57,855 nt of DNA from Nitrospinota bacterium (GTDB taxonomy: Bacteria; UBA8248): assembly GCA_030754595.1 (NCBI GenBank), contig JASLZZ010000130.1:1-57855 (forward strand). Reading direction: 5' to 3'. Made by a program: the position numbers and the translations under genes. Positions 39,546-47,942 of this stretch are shown here, in pieces. Each line of letters begins with the position of its first letter. Positions within the stretch are counted from its first letter, which is position 1. Under the pieces are notes generated by a model, which made no database searches, was not told the origin of the DNA, and saw nothing but the letters and a program-made list of their open reading frames with translations.

Positions 39546-39926
39546 CTAGTCCGCCCGGCGGTGAAGGGGGTTCATCTTCTTCGCCCGACCGCAGGTGAAC
39601 ACCGTGACGCCCATGGGATACTCATAGGGCCCGTGTGCGTTCCCGGCCCCGCCTCCGTATATGTAATCGCCCGCCTTGATGACCTTTCCGTCCACGTGCA
39701 TCTCGCCCTCGAGGACATAGATGCAGTGATAATGGTCGTGCTCGTGGCGCGGCTCGACATAGCCCGGAGGAAAACGGACAAACTGCTCCGTCCGCTCCGA
39801 GACCTCGTCGTAGCCCTCGCGGATCCGCTTGATCTCCACCCCCTCGGGGAGCCCCAGGATCGTCGAGCCGTCCTCCCATTCTATCTCGTCCGTATCCACC
39901 GCGAAAAAACCGCCGACATATTCCAC
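39546..39926 (-). CDS. Cupin domain protein (ChrR/Cupin_7-like)
   Basis: FPPGYVEPRHEH..YVLEGEM..AHGP. Confidence 0.82.
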   Translation of the reverse strand: MEYVGGFFAVDTDEIEWEDGSTILGLPEGVEIKRIREGYDEVSERTEQFVRFPPGYVEPRHEHDHYHCIYVLEGEMHVDGKVIKAGDYIYGGGAGNAHGPYEYPMGVTVFTCGRAKKMNPLHRRAD

Positions 39927-39965
39927 GGCCTGTCTCCTTCATGGATAAATCGGGAAAAATTCCTT

Positions 39966-40376
39966 CTAATACCCCTTGGTGAGATCCGAGCCCTTCTCGC
40001 CCCGCGGGTTACGGTGAATCTGGTTCATCTTCACGGCGCGGCTGCACGAGAACACCGTACAGCCGACGGGGTAGTGAAACGGGCCGTGCTGCTCGCCGGG
40101 GCCCCCGAAGACGAAATCGCCGGGCTTGAGTATTTTCCCGTGCACATGCATCTCGCCCTCGATCACGAGGGTGCTGTGAAGGTGATCGTGGATGTGAAGC
40201 GGCTCAGTGTAGCCGGGGGGGAATTTCACGAACTTGTCCACCCGCTCCGAGACATCGTCGTAGCCCTCGGCGACGATTTTCACCTCGACCCCGGGCGGCA
40301 GGCCGATGATGTTCTCGCCGTCCTCCCATTCAAGCTCGCCGGTGTGCACCGTCAAGAACTTTTCGGCTGGGTTCAT
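39966..40376 (-). CDS. Cupin domain protein, paralog of 39546-39926
   Basis: FPPGYTEPLHIH..LVIEGEM..QHGP. Confidence 0.82.
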   Translation of the reverse strand: MNPAEKFLTVHTGELEWEDGENIIGLPPGVEVKIVAEGYDDVSERVDKFVKFPPGYTEPLHIHDHLHSTLVIEGEMHVHGKILKPGDFVFGGPGEQHGPFHYPVGCTVFSCSRAVKMNQIHRNPRGEKGSDLTKGY

Positions 40377-40419
40377 GCAGCAACCTCCCTCAAAAAAACC
40401 GGCCTGGAAATAACCGGAT

Positions 40420-41619
40420 TCAGATCAACGGCATGGCGCGGGCGCGAAGGGAGTTCATCATCACGCCCGAGTGCATGAAACTCGTCATATCACGGACAAA
40501 CCGCTCCATCGGCGCCTCGGTCATGTAGCCCGCTCCGCCCCATACCTCCATCGAGCGGCGGGCGATTCGCTCGCAGGCTTCCGAGACAAAAACCCGCGTC
40601 AGGTAACTTTCACGAAGATCGGGCACCTCCCCGTTGAAACCGTCCTGATCGGCCGCCCAGGCCGCCGCCTGAAGGGCGCGCCGCGCGGCGGTCATCTCCA
40701 TCAGGTTTTCCGCGAGCATGAAGCCGACCGTCTGGTGCTCGATGATGGGCTTTCCGCCCTGCACTCTTTCACGGGCGTGACCTGTTGCGTGCTCCGTCGC
40801 GCGCCGCGCGCACCCCAGGGCCGCCGAGGCCGGCAGCGCGAAAAACGACGGGACGGCCCTCGCCCATGCGCCGGACTCGCAGGGTATTTCGCTGCTGTCA
40901 GACACCCTCAGATCCTCGAACGCGAGAGCCACGTCCTGGCATGATCGCATCCCTATCGGGTCGTGGTGGCGCGAGACCCGGGGGCCGCCGCCCTCGGCGG
41001 CATCCACCAGAAAGGCCCGCCGCCCTTCCTCCCCAACGGAATCATCAGAATCACCGGAATCAACGGAGACCAGAATCCACCGCGCCGCCGCGCCGTTCAT
41101 CACATGAGAGGCGAAACCGCTCAGCGCCCATCCACCCCCCTCGCGGGCGGCGCCCGCCGGAATATCTTCGTCCGCTTCTTCGGCATCGGGGGCATAGGGC
41201 ATCCAGTTTTCGGCCGGGGGATTGGCGGAAAGCTCGGTCCGCGTCAGATGGGCGGCGTGGTCGGCGGCGAAGCGCGATGAAAAATCGGCGAATTGCGCCT
41301 CCCCGCAGATGCCGCCGAGGGCGCGGGAGACGCACCAATCCTGAGCGAAGGTCGAGGCGACGCCCAGGTCGCCCCAGCCGATCTCCTCTCCGACGAAACA
41401 GAGGGTGAGAAGGTCCGCGCCGCCGCCGCCACGCTCCTCGGGCAGAGCCAGGGTGCGGAGCCCGAGCCGGCTTCCCTTCTCTAAAAGCGCGGCCGGGAAT
41501 CGAACAGCCGGGTCCTTCTGGCGATCGATATCTTCCACATCGGGCAGGATTTCCTGCCGCGCGAAGTCGTTCGCCATCCGCTGGAGTGCCAGGTGCGTCT
41601 CCTCGGGAGCAAAATCCAT
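40420..41619 (-). CDS. Acyl-CoA dehydrogenase-like protein (divergent)
   Basis: LPEERGGGG, EEIGWGD, ERVQGGKPIIEHQ and VWGGAGYMTEAPMERFVRD. Confidence 0.8.
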   Translation of the reverse strand: MDFAPEETHLALQRMANDFARQEILPDVEDIDRQKDPAVRFPAALLEKGSRLGLRTLALPEERGGGGADLLTLCFVGEEIGWGDLGVASTFAQDWCVSRALGGICGEAQFADFSSRFAADHAAHLTRTELSANPPAENWMPYAPDAEEADEDIPAGAAREGGGWALSGFASHVMNGAAARWILVSVDSGDSDDSVGEEGRRAFLVDAAEGGGPRVSRHHDPIGMRSCQDVALAFEDLRVSDSSEIPCESGAWARAVPSFFALPASAALGCARRATEHATGHARERVQGGKPIIEHQTVGFMLAENLMEMTAARRALQAAAWAADQDGFNGEVPDLRESYLTRVFVSEACERIARRSMEVWGGAGYMTEAPMERFVRDMTSFMHSGVMMNSLRARAMPLI

Positions 41620-41659
41620 GCGCTTGGCCTCAATCGAAACGAAATCAAACGGGGTCGCC

Positions 41660-42628
41660 CTAGTCGATCAGCCCCACGCTCCGGAGATCGCCCTCGAGCT
41701 CTTTTTTCTCGTCCACCGTCAGGGGAATCATCGGCGCCCGGGTGGGACCCCCGGCCATGCCCATGAGGTCCATCCAGTCCTTCAGCGCCGCGATCGGGAA
41801 AGCGCCCTTCGACCACGGTCCCCAGAGCCATTTCTCGGCGGTGCGGCGGACCGGGTTCATCGACTCACGGGCGGTCCAGGCCTCCTCGAGATTTCCCTCG
41901 TCGATGAGGTCGGTGTATTTCTGCATGCCCAGGTTACCGGTTCGCTGAAGGAGGAACGGGTCGGGGCCGCTCATGAAGGTCTGCTGCTTGTGATAGGCGC
42001 GGTTGTAGAACCACTGGGTCTCCATCGGGTCGCTCACGACGACCTCATCGCCCACCGCCTCGCGCACTTCGTCGCAGTGATACTTCGGCTGGGCGTTCTT
42101 GATGCAGCAGATGTTCTCGTTGTCGCCGACGAGCTCGCGGACCAGCTGGGGCGAGAGGGAGTAGCCCGTCGCCCCCGTGTTGAAGAGGGAGACGCCCAGC
42201 TCCACGTTGTCGCAGACATATGTAAAGAAGGCCCGCACCCGCTCGGGGATGCCCTGGGCCCCGAGGTAGGGGTTGGCCAGAATCGCGTAGGTGGCGCCCG
42301 CCTCGGCGGCGGCGTTGGTGAGCTCGACGGCCTCCTTGGCCGAGGTGTGGCCCGTGTGGGCGATGATGGGCACGTCGCCCGCCTCGTCGCAGGCGATCTC
42401 CTGTCCGCGCAGGCGCTCTTCCTTGGTCATGCACCAGAACTCGCCGATCATTCCGCCGACGAAGAAGCCCTTGATGCCGAGGTCGTCGATGTAATGGCGA
42501 ACGTCGGCGCGGAAGGCGTCCTCGTCGATATTGTCGCTCGCATCGAAGGGATAGGGGATCGCCGCCCAGAGTCCCTTCATGTTCTCTTTGCAGTAGGCCC
42601 GCGCGTCTGATTTATTGTAGGAAGCCAT
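41660..42628 (-). CDS. DapA/NanA-like class I aldolase family protein
   Basis: AIPYPF, GGMIGEF..MTKEER and ICCIKN (Schiff-base Lys). Confidence 0.82.
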   Translation of the reverse strand: MASYNKSDARAYCKENMKGLWAAIPYPFDASDNIDEDAFRADVRHYIDDLGIKGFFVGGMIGEFWCMTKEERLRGQEIACDEAGDVPIIAHTGHTSAKEAVELTNAAAEAGATYAILANPYLGAQGIPERVRAFFTYVCDNVELGVSLFNTGATGYSLSPQLVRELVGDNENICCIKNAQPKYHCDEVREAVGDEVVVSDPMETQWFYNRAYHKQQTFMSGPDPFLLQRTGNLGMQKYTDLIDEGNLEEAWTARESMNPVRRTAEKWLWGPWSKGAFPIAALKDWMDLMGMAGGPTRAPMIPLTVDEKKELEGDLRSVGLID

Positions 42629-42681
42629 TGTCATTCTCCTTTTAAATGAGCAAAAATTGCGCGAAAAAAGTTTTGAGGTTT

Positions 42682-43860
42682 TTACCATTCATCCTCGCCG
42701 GGTGGCGCGAGGAAAGGCGCCGCCTTGAGTTTCACCGCTTCGTTCGTTCCGAACCCGTGAAGATAGCTGAGCACGTCGCGCCAGCATTTCTCGGGCGTGG
42801 GCCGGTCGTCGTGATAGGTGGCTCCCGTCCGGCCCCAGATATCCATCGCCATCCGGCAAACCTTGATGCCGGCCTCGGAGGCGAAGACCTTCGACATGAG
42901 GCGCCGCTTCGAGTCGTCCGTGGGGCGGTCGCCGTGCCAGGCGGCGGAGTAGAGTACCGTCCGCGCCGCCTCGATGAGCATGTACATCTCGGTCAAATCC
43001 ATTTTAACCCATTGCTCGGAGAAAGCCCCCGTCTCGTGGGCCGCCGTGCGGGCGAGATCATAGGCCAGCCGCGAGGGGCCCATGACGGGAATCAGCGCGC
43101 CGCTCACCATCTTGCGGAGGATCGCCAACCCGCCGTTCCACTCCCCGAAAAGGTTGGCGGCGGGCACGCGGCAATCCTGAAGAACGAGCTCGCCGTTTTG
43201 AAGCAGCCGCCGCCCGAGCTTGCTGTGCGCCTCGCCGATGGTGAAGCCCTCGGTGTCGCGGGGGACGAGGAAGCAGGTGAGCCCTTCGCTCATCGGAAGC
43301 TCGGGCGCCGTCCGGGCGAAAATAAAATAATACTTGGCGAGTCCTCCGTTCGAGATGTAGTGCTTGGTTCCGTTCAAGACGTAGCTCTCTCCCTCCCGGC
43401 GAGCCGTCATCCGCGGGCCGGCATGGGGGGCGTCGTAGAGAAGAAAGGTGTCGGTCCCGCTCTGGGGCTCGGTCGTCGCCAGGGCGAGCAGCGCCCGGGG
43501 GTCGCTCATGAAGTCGCCCAGATAACTCTCCCGCTGGTCCTCGGTGGTCTCATCGGTCAGGAGGCGGGTGAATTTATAGGTCTGGTCCAGCGAGACGGCC
43601 ACGCCCAGATCGCCGTAGGCAATCTCCTCGGTCACCATCGCCTGAAGGAGGTGGCGCGCCCCGAAGCCGCCTAATTTCTCGGGGACGGTCAGCGTCCTCA
43701 GGCCCGCCGCGTCGATTTTATCGGTGATATCCCAGGGATAGGCCTGGTCGGGGGGGTAGTTGCGGTCGCGCTCGGCGGCGATGGGCAGGATATCGCGCCG
43801 GGCAATTTCGCGGGCCCGTTGCACGATTTCGGCTTCCTCGGTCGATAAATCCGGCTGCAC
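42682..43860 (-). CDS. Acyl-CoA dehydrogenase-like protein (divergent)
   Basis: ALATTEPQSGTD, YVLNGTKHYISNG, KLGRR, SKVFASE and EKCWRD. Confidence 0.85.
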   Translation of the reverse strand: MQPDLSTEEAEIVQRAREIARRDILPIAAERDRNYPPDQAYPWDITDKIDAAGLRTLTVPEKLGGFGARHLLQAMVTEEIAYGDLGVAVSLDQTYKFTRLLTDETTEDQRESYLGDFMSDPRALLALATTEPQSGTDTFLLYDAPHAGPRMTARREGESYVLNGTKHYISNGGLAKYYFIFARTAPELPMSEGLTCFLVPRDTEGFTIGEAHSKLGRRLLQNGELVLQDCRVPAANLFGEWNGGLAILRKMVSGALIPVMGPSRLAYDLARTAAHETGAFSEQWVKMDLTEMYMLIEAARTVLYSAAWHGDRPTDDSKRRLMSKVFASEAGIKVCRMAMDIWGRTGATYHDDRPTPEKCWRDVLSYLHGFGTNEAVKLKAAPFLAPPGEDEW

Positions 43861-44068
43861 ACTTGCCTCATTTCATTTATCAATATTCAGGCGCTTTTTT
43901 TCAGGCGCCTGTTTTCAAGAAAATCCCGGCGAAGGGGCTTTGTTCGGGAGAAATCAGGCTACGGCCCCGCCGCCGGGTTGTCAATGAAACCAGCCCGCCG
44001 AGGTTCACCCCCGCCCGGCGCCCTGCTAGGATGTCGCCGCTCACGAAAACACGGATAAAGGAAATAAA

Positions 44069-44956
44069 ATGCGGCCTTTGCGCAGTTTACTGTTCAGCCC
44101 CGGCATCCGCCCCGAGATGATGGAAAAAGCCCCCCGCTCGGGGGCGGACGCCCTTATATTCGATCTGGAGGACTCAGTCCCCCGCAGCGGACGGCCCGAG
44201 GCTCGCGGCCACGTCGCCCAGGCGATCAGCCGCACCAAAACGCTCGGCCGCGAGGGAGCACCCCCGGTTTTTGTCCGGGTGAACCATCCCTCGACGGGGG
44301 AGATGGAAAAGGACCTGGAGGCCGTCGTTCCGGCCCGCCCCTACGGGGTGATTCTACCCAAGGTGGAGACGGCGGGAGACGTTGAGCGGCTGGACTCGGT
44401 TCTCTCCGCCATCGAGGCCAGCGCGGGAATCGCGCCGGGCGATATTGCCGTCGTTCCCCTGCTCGAGAGCTGCCGGGGCCTTCACTTCACCTACGAGATC
44501 GCCACCGCCTCCCCGAGGGTTCGGGCCATGGCCTTCTCGAGCGGCGAGGAGGGGGACTTCATGATGGACATCGGGGGCAGGTGGACGCCCGAGGGGGAGG
44601 CGTTCCTCTACCCGAGGAGCAAACTCGTCTGCGAGGCTCGGGTGGCGGGGATCAAATTTCCCCTCGACGGGGTTTTCATGAATTTGGGGGATGAGGCCGC
44701 ACTCCTCCGGGAGTGCCGCCTCGCCCGGAACATGGGGTACACCGGCAAGATGGCCATCCATCCAAAGCAGGTCGCCGCCATTCACTCCGTCTTCACGCCC
44801 TCGGACGAGGAGATCGAGTACAACCGGGGGCTCATCGAGGCCTTCCGGCGGGCCGAGGCCGAGGGGAAAGCCGCCGTCGAGTTTCGCGGCATGATGGTGG
44901 ACTACGCCAACCTCAAGCGGGCCGAGCAGATCCTCGCGCTCGCCGATTCCTTCTAG
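44069..44956 (+). CDS. CitE/malyl-CoA lyase-like CoA-ester lyase
   Basis: RSLLFSPG, FDLEDSV, FVRVN, GKMAIHPKQ and GMMVDYAN. Confidence 0.88.
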   Translation: MRPLRSLLFSPGIRPEMMEKAPRSGADALIFDLEDSVPRSGRPEARGHVAQAISRTKTLGREGAPPVFVRVNHPSTGEMEKDLEAVVPARPYGVILPKVETAGDVERLDSVLSAIEASAGIAPGDIAVVPLLESCRGLHFTYEIATASPRVRAMAFSSGEEGDFMMDIGGRWTPEGEAFLYPRSKLVCEARVAGIKFPLDGVFMNLGDEAALLRECRLARNMGYTGKMAIHPKQVAAIHSVFTPSDEEIEYNRGLIEAFRRAEAEGKAAVEFRGMMVDYANLKRAEQILALADSF

Positions 44957-45001
44957 CCGGTTTCTATTGGACCGATTCTTATAAGAAAGGCGCTCTCCCA
45001 A

Positions 45002-47137
45002 GTGACCCCCTCACCTTCTCTTTTTCGCCTTTTGCGCCCCGCCTCGGTGTCCATCGTGGGACTCTCCGCCGATCAATCGAAACACGGCGGGCGCGTTCTC
45101 TCGTTCCTCCGGGCCGCCGGATTCGAAGGATCGATCTGGGGGGTGCATCCCCGGACACCCGCCGTCGAGGGAGTCGAAATGTTTCCCTCGCTGGAGGAGG
45201 TCCCCGCCTCGCCGGACGCCATCGTCCTCGCCGTTCCGCCGCCCTCGATTCCGGGAGTCCTCGAAGCCGCCGGAGAGAAAAAGGCGGGCGGCGCCATTAT
45301 TTTCAGCGGCGGATTCGCCGAAACCGGGGCGGAAGGCGCGGCGCTTCAAGACCGCGTCCTGGATGTCGCCCGCGCCGGGGGGGTCCGGCTGCTCGGGCCC
45401 AACTCGGCGGGAATCATCCTCCCCGGCGCACGGACCATTCTGAGCTTCCTGACCTGCCTCGAGCGGCCGATGGCGGAAATCCGCCCGGGGCCCGTCGGGC
45501 TCGTCACCCAGAGCGGGGGAACGGGCAGCTTCATCCACAACCTCGCCGCCGACCGGGGGGGCGGCCTCGCCATTTCCGTTTCAACCGGCAACGAGGCCGA
45601 CATCGAACTCGGCGAGGTGTTCGCCGCCCTGGTGGGCGAGCCCTATGTCCGGGCCATCGCCCTTCTGCTCGAAACCGTGCGGGACGGCCCGCGATTCATC
45701 GCGGCGGCCCGGGCGGCCCGCGCGGCGGGTAAACCCGTCGTCGCCTGCAAGATCGGCCGCACGCGGGTCGGCCAGGAAATCATGCGGACGCACACCGGCG
45801 CCCTCGCCGGCCCCCTGCGCACTTTTGAGGCGGCGTTCGAATCCCTGGGCATCGCCTCCGTCCGGACCCCGGCCGAACTCCTCGATGTGGCCGAGGTCAT
45901 GGCGCGCGCTCCCCTTCCCGGGGGAGAGGGCGTGGGGATTGTCACCCACTCGGGCGGCGCGGCGGTCATGCTGGCGGACCGGGCCGGGGAGCTGGGGCTA
46001 TCGCTTCCCGGGCCCTCCCCCGATCTGAAAAGCCGCCTCGCCCCACTACTCCAGATGGGCGCCGCCGGAAACCCCGTCGATCTCGGGGGAATTGTCAGCA
46101 GGCCCGAGCGCTACGGAGAAGCGATCCGCCTTTTTCTAGGAGATCCCGCCTACGACCTCGTCATCCCGGTTTCGACGCCCCACCCCTCCGCCCACTCGGC
46201 GGGCCGGGCGCGGGAGTTGACCCGAATATCGAGAGGGGCGAGAGAGCCGCTCCCGAACCTCTGGCTGGCCGGGAAGCTCGGGCGGGCGGGGCTCGAAATT
46301 CTGCGCGAGGAAGACGCGCCAGTCGCTGAAAACGCCGAGAGTTTACTGCTGGCGGTGAAGGGACTCGTCCGGCTGGGCGTCATGAAACGCGCCGAAAGCG
46401 CGGATGCCTCAAGCGTAGAAGCTCCGGCCCCGGACGCGGGAATGATGAAACGGCTGCGCAAGCGGCGGGCCGAGGGAAATCTCAACCTCTCCGAGGCTGA
46501 GAGCAAGGTGCTTCTCGGAGAATTGGGGATTCCAGTAGTCACCGGCGAGGCGGCGGCCTCGCCGATTGAGGCCGCCCGCGCCGCCGCGCGAATCGGGTAT
46601 CCCGTCGTCCTCAAGGCGATCTCGGCCAATCTCCCGCACAAAAGCGAAGCCGGCGGGGTGCGGCTGAACCTTCGGAGCGAGGACGAGCTTCGGCGGGCCT
46701 GGGAGGAGATGATGAGCGGCCTCGACGCGAACGAGCCCGGCGTTTCGGTCGAGGGGTGGCTGGTCGAGGAGTTCGCGCCGGGGACCGAGATGATAATTGG
46801 CAGTGTGCGCGACGCCACCTTCGGCCCCATGGTGCTCGCCGGGGCGGGAGGCGTCCTCGCCGAGGCGCTTGATGATGTGGCCCTCGCCATGGCACCGGCC
46901 ACCGAGGCCGACGCGGCCCGGATGATAGCCTCGCTTCGCGGAAGGCGGCTCCTCCGGGGGTTCCGGGGGGCCCCGCCGGCGGACGAGGGGGCCCTCGCCG
47001 CGCTCATCGCCCGCCTCTCTCGGGCCGCCGCCGCCTATGGGGGGGATATCTCCGAGATCGATCTTAATCCGGTGACCTATTCGGGGGGGCGCTGGCTCGC
47101 GGCGGACGCCCTGATCAAACTGACGCCGATCAAATAG
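45002..47137 (+). CDS. ADP-forming acyl-CoA synthetase (fused alpha/beta)
   Basis: GPNSAG, TQSGG, STGNEAD, THTGALAG phospho-His, HKSEAGGV and IDLNPV. Confidence 0.9.
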   Translation: MTPSPSLFRLLRPASVSIVGLSADQSKHGGRVLSFLRAAGFEGSIWGVHPRTPAVEGVEMFPSLEEVPASPDAIVLAVPPPSIPGVLEAAGEKKAGGAIIFSGGFAETGAEGAALQDRVLDVARAGGVRLLGPNSAGIILPGARTILSFLTCLERPMAEIRPGPVGLVTQSGGTGSFIHNLAADRGGGLAISVSTGNEADIELGEVFAALVGEPYVRAIALLLETVRDGPRFIAAARAARAAGKPVVACKIGRTRVGQEIMRTHTGALAGPLRTFEAAFESLGIASVRTPAELLDVAEVMARAPLPGGEGVGIVTHSGGAAVMLADRAGELGLSLPGPSPDLKSRLAPLLQMGAAGNPVDLGGIVSRPERYGEAIRLFLGDPAYDLVIPVSTPHPSAHSAGRARELTRISRGAREPLPNLWLAGKLGRAGLEILREEDAPVAENAESLLLAVKGLVRLGVMKRAESADASSVEAPAPDAGMMKRLRKRRAEGNLNLSEAESKVLLGELGIPVVTGEAAASPIEAARAAARIGYPVVLKAISANLPHKSEAGGVRLNLRSEDELRRAWEEMMSGLDANEPGVSVEGWLVEEFAPGTEMIIGSVRDATFGPMVLAGAGGVLAEALDDVALAMAPATEADAARMIASLRGRRLLRGFRGAPPADEGALAALIARLSRAAAAYGGDISEIDLNPVTYSGGRWLAADALIKLTPIK

Positions 47138-47316
47138 CGCTTTTATTATCAATTATTTATGCGCTTTAAAGGGAAACCGTATGAGGGAATCTGCGGCCGC
47201 CCGTCCGCCCGGTGAATCTGGCGCGTAAGGGCCAAATTCAATACAATGGGCGGCAAGCTATGGAGAAGTTCCAGTAATCTCGAACGCGCCCTCAAGAGGA
47301 AAACGGAGGGTACCCG

Positions 47317-47805
47317 ATGAGCCCCGAAGGCGAATTATCCGAGAAGGACCAAAAGCGGAACCTCACCCTCGACGTTCTCTCCTCGAAGCTGAGGCAGCAC
47401 TACGAATTCTTCGCCAGCCTGAGCAAAGAGGAACTGCTCGATTTTCTCCGCTCCTGCGACAGCCAGGATTTCCAGTCCGGGGAGATTATTTTCGAGGAGG
47501 GCGAGCTGGACGCCGCCTGGTTCATCGTCATCTCGGGGCGGGTGCTCATCCACCGCTAGGAGAAGACGATGGGCTACATCGGCGAGGGGCAATGCTTCGG
47601 AGAGGTCGGCCTCCTGAAAGACGCCCCCCACTCGGCCTCGGCGAGGGCCGAGACCGACACCATCCTTTTGTCCATCCAGCGGACCATTCTCAGCGATAAC
47701 ATGCCGGCCCTCGGCTACAAGGTCCTCGAATTCATCGCCAGCCAGCTGGCCGACAAACTCGCCAAGGCCAACCTCCAGATCGAAAACATGGGCACCGAGG
47801 AGTAA
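47317..47805 (+). pseudogene. Cyclic-nucleotide-binding domain protein with in-frame amber codon
   Basis: GEIIFEEG..FIVISGRV, then TAG 47557-47559, then in-frame GEGQCFGEVGLL..HSASARA. Confidence 0.8.
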
Positions 47806-47942
47806 ACGCCTTATTTGAGGAAAGTCCCGCGCCGCGCTAGAATCCCCTCGGACCAGCCACCTGAAGCATTCATCCACCCTCGCACCCTGCGGGCCGCGCC
47901 CTGCCGTGCGCGAAAAAATTCATGGGCGAGCCGAAGGAATTC

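Noticed and set aside
5492..47559. In-frame TAGs as pyrrolysine or genome-wide amber recoding
   Set aside because: Many intact genes here end in TAG at the expected family C-terminus (e.g. rlpA, AOR), no pyl genes are present, and the affected genes mostly carry other lesions.
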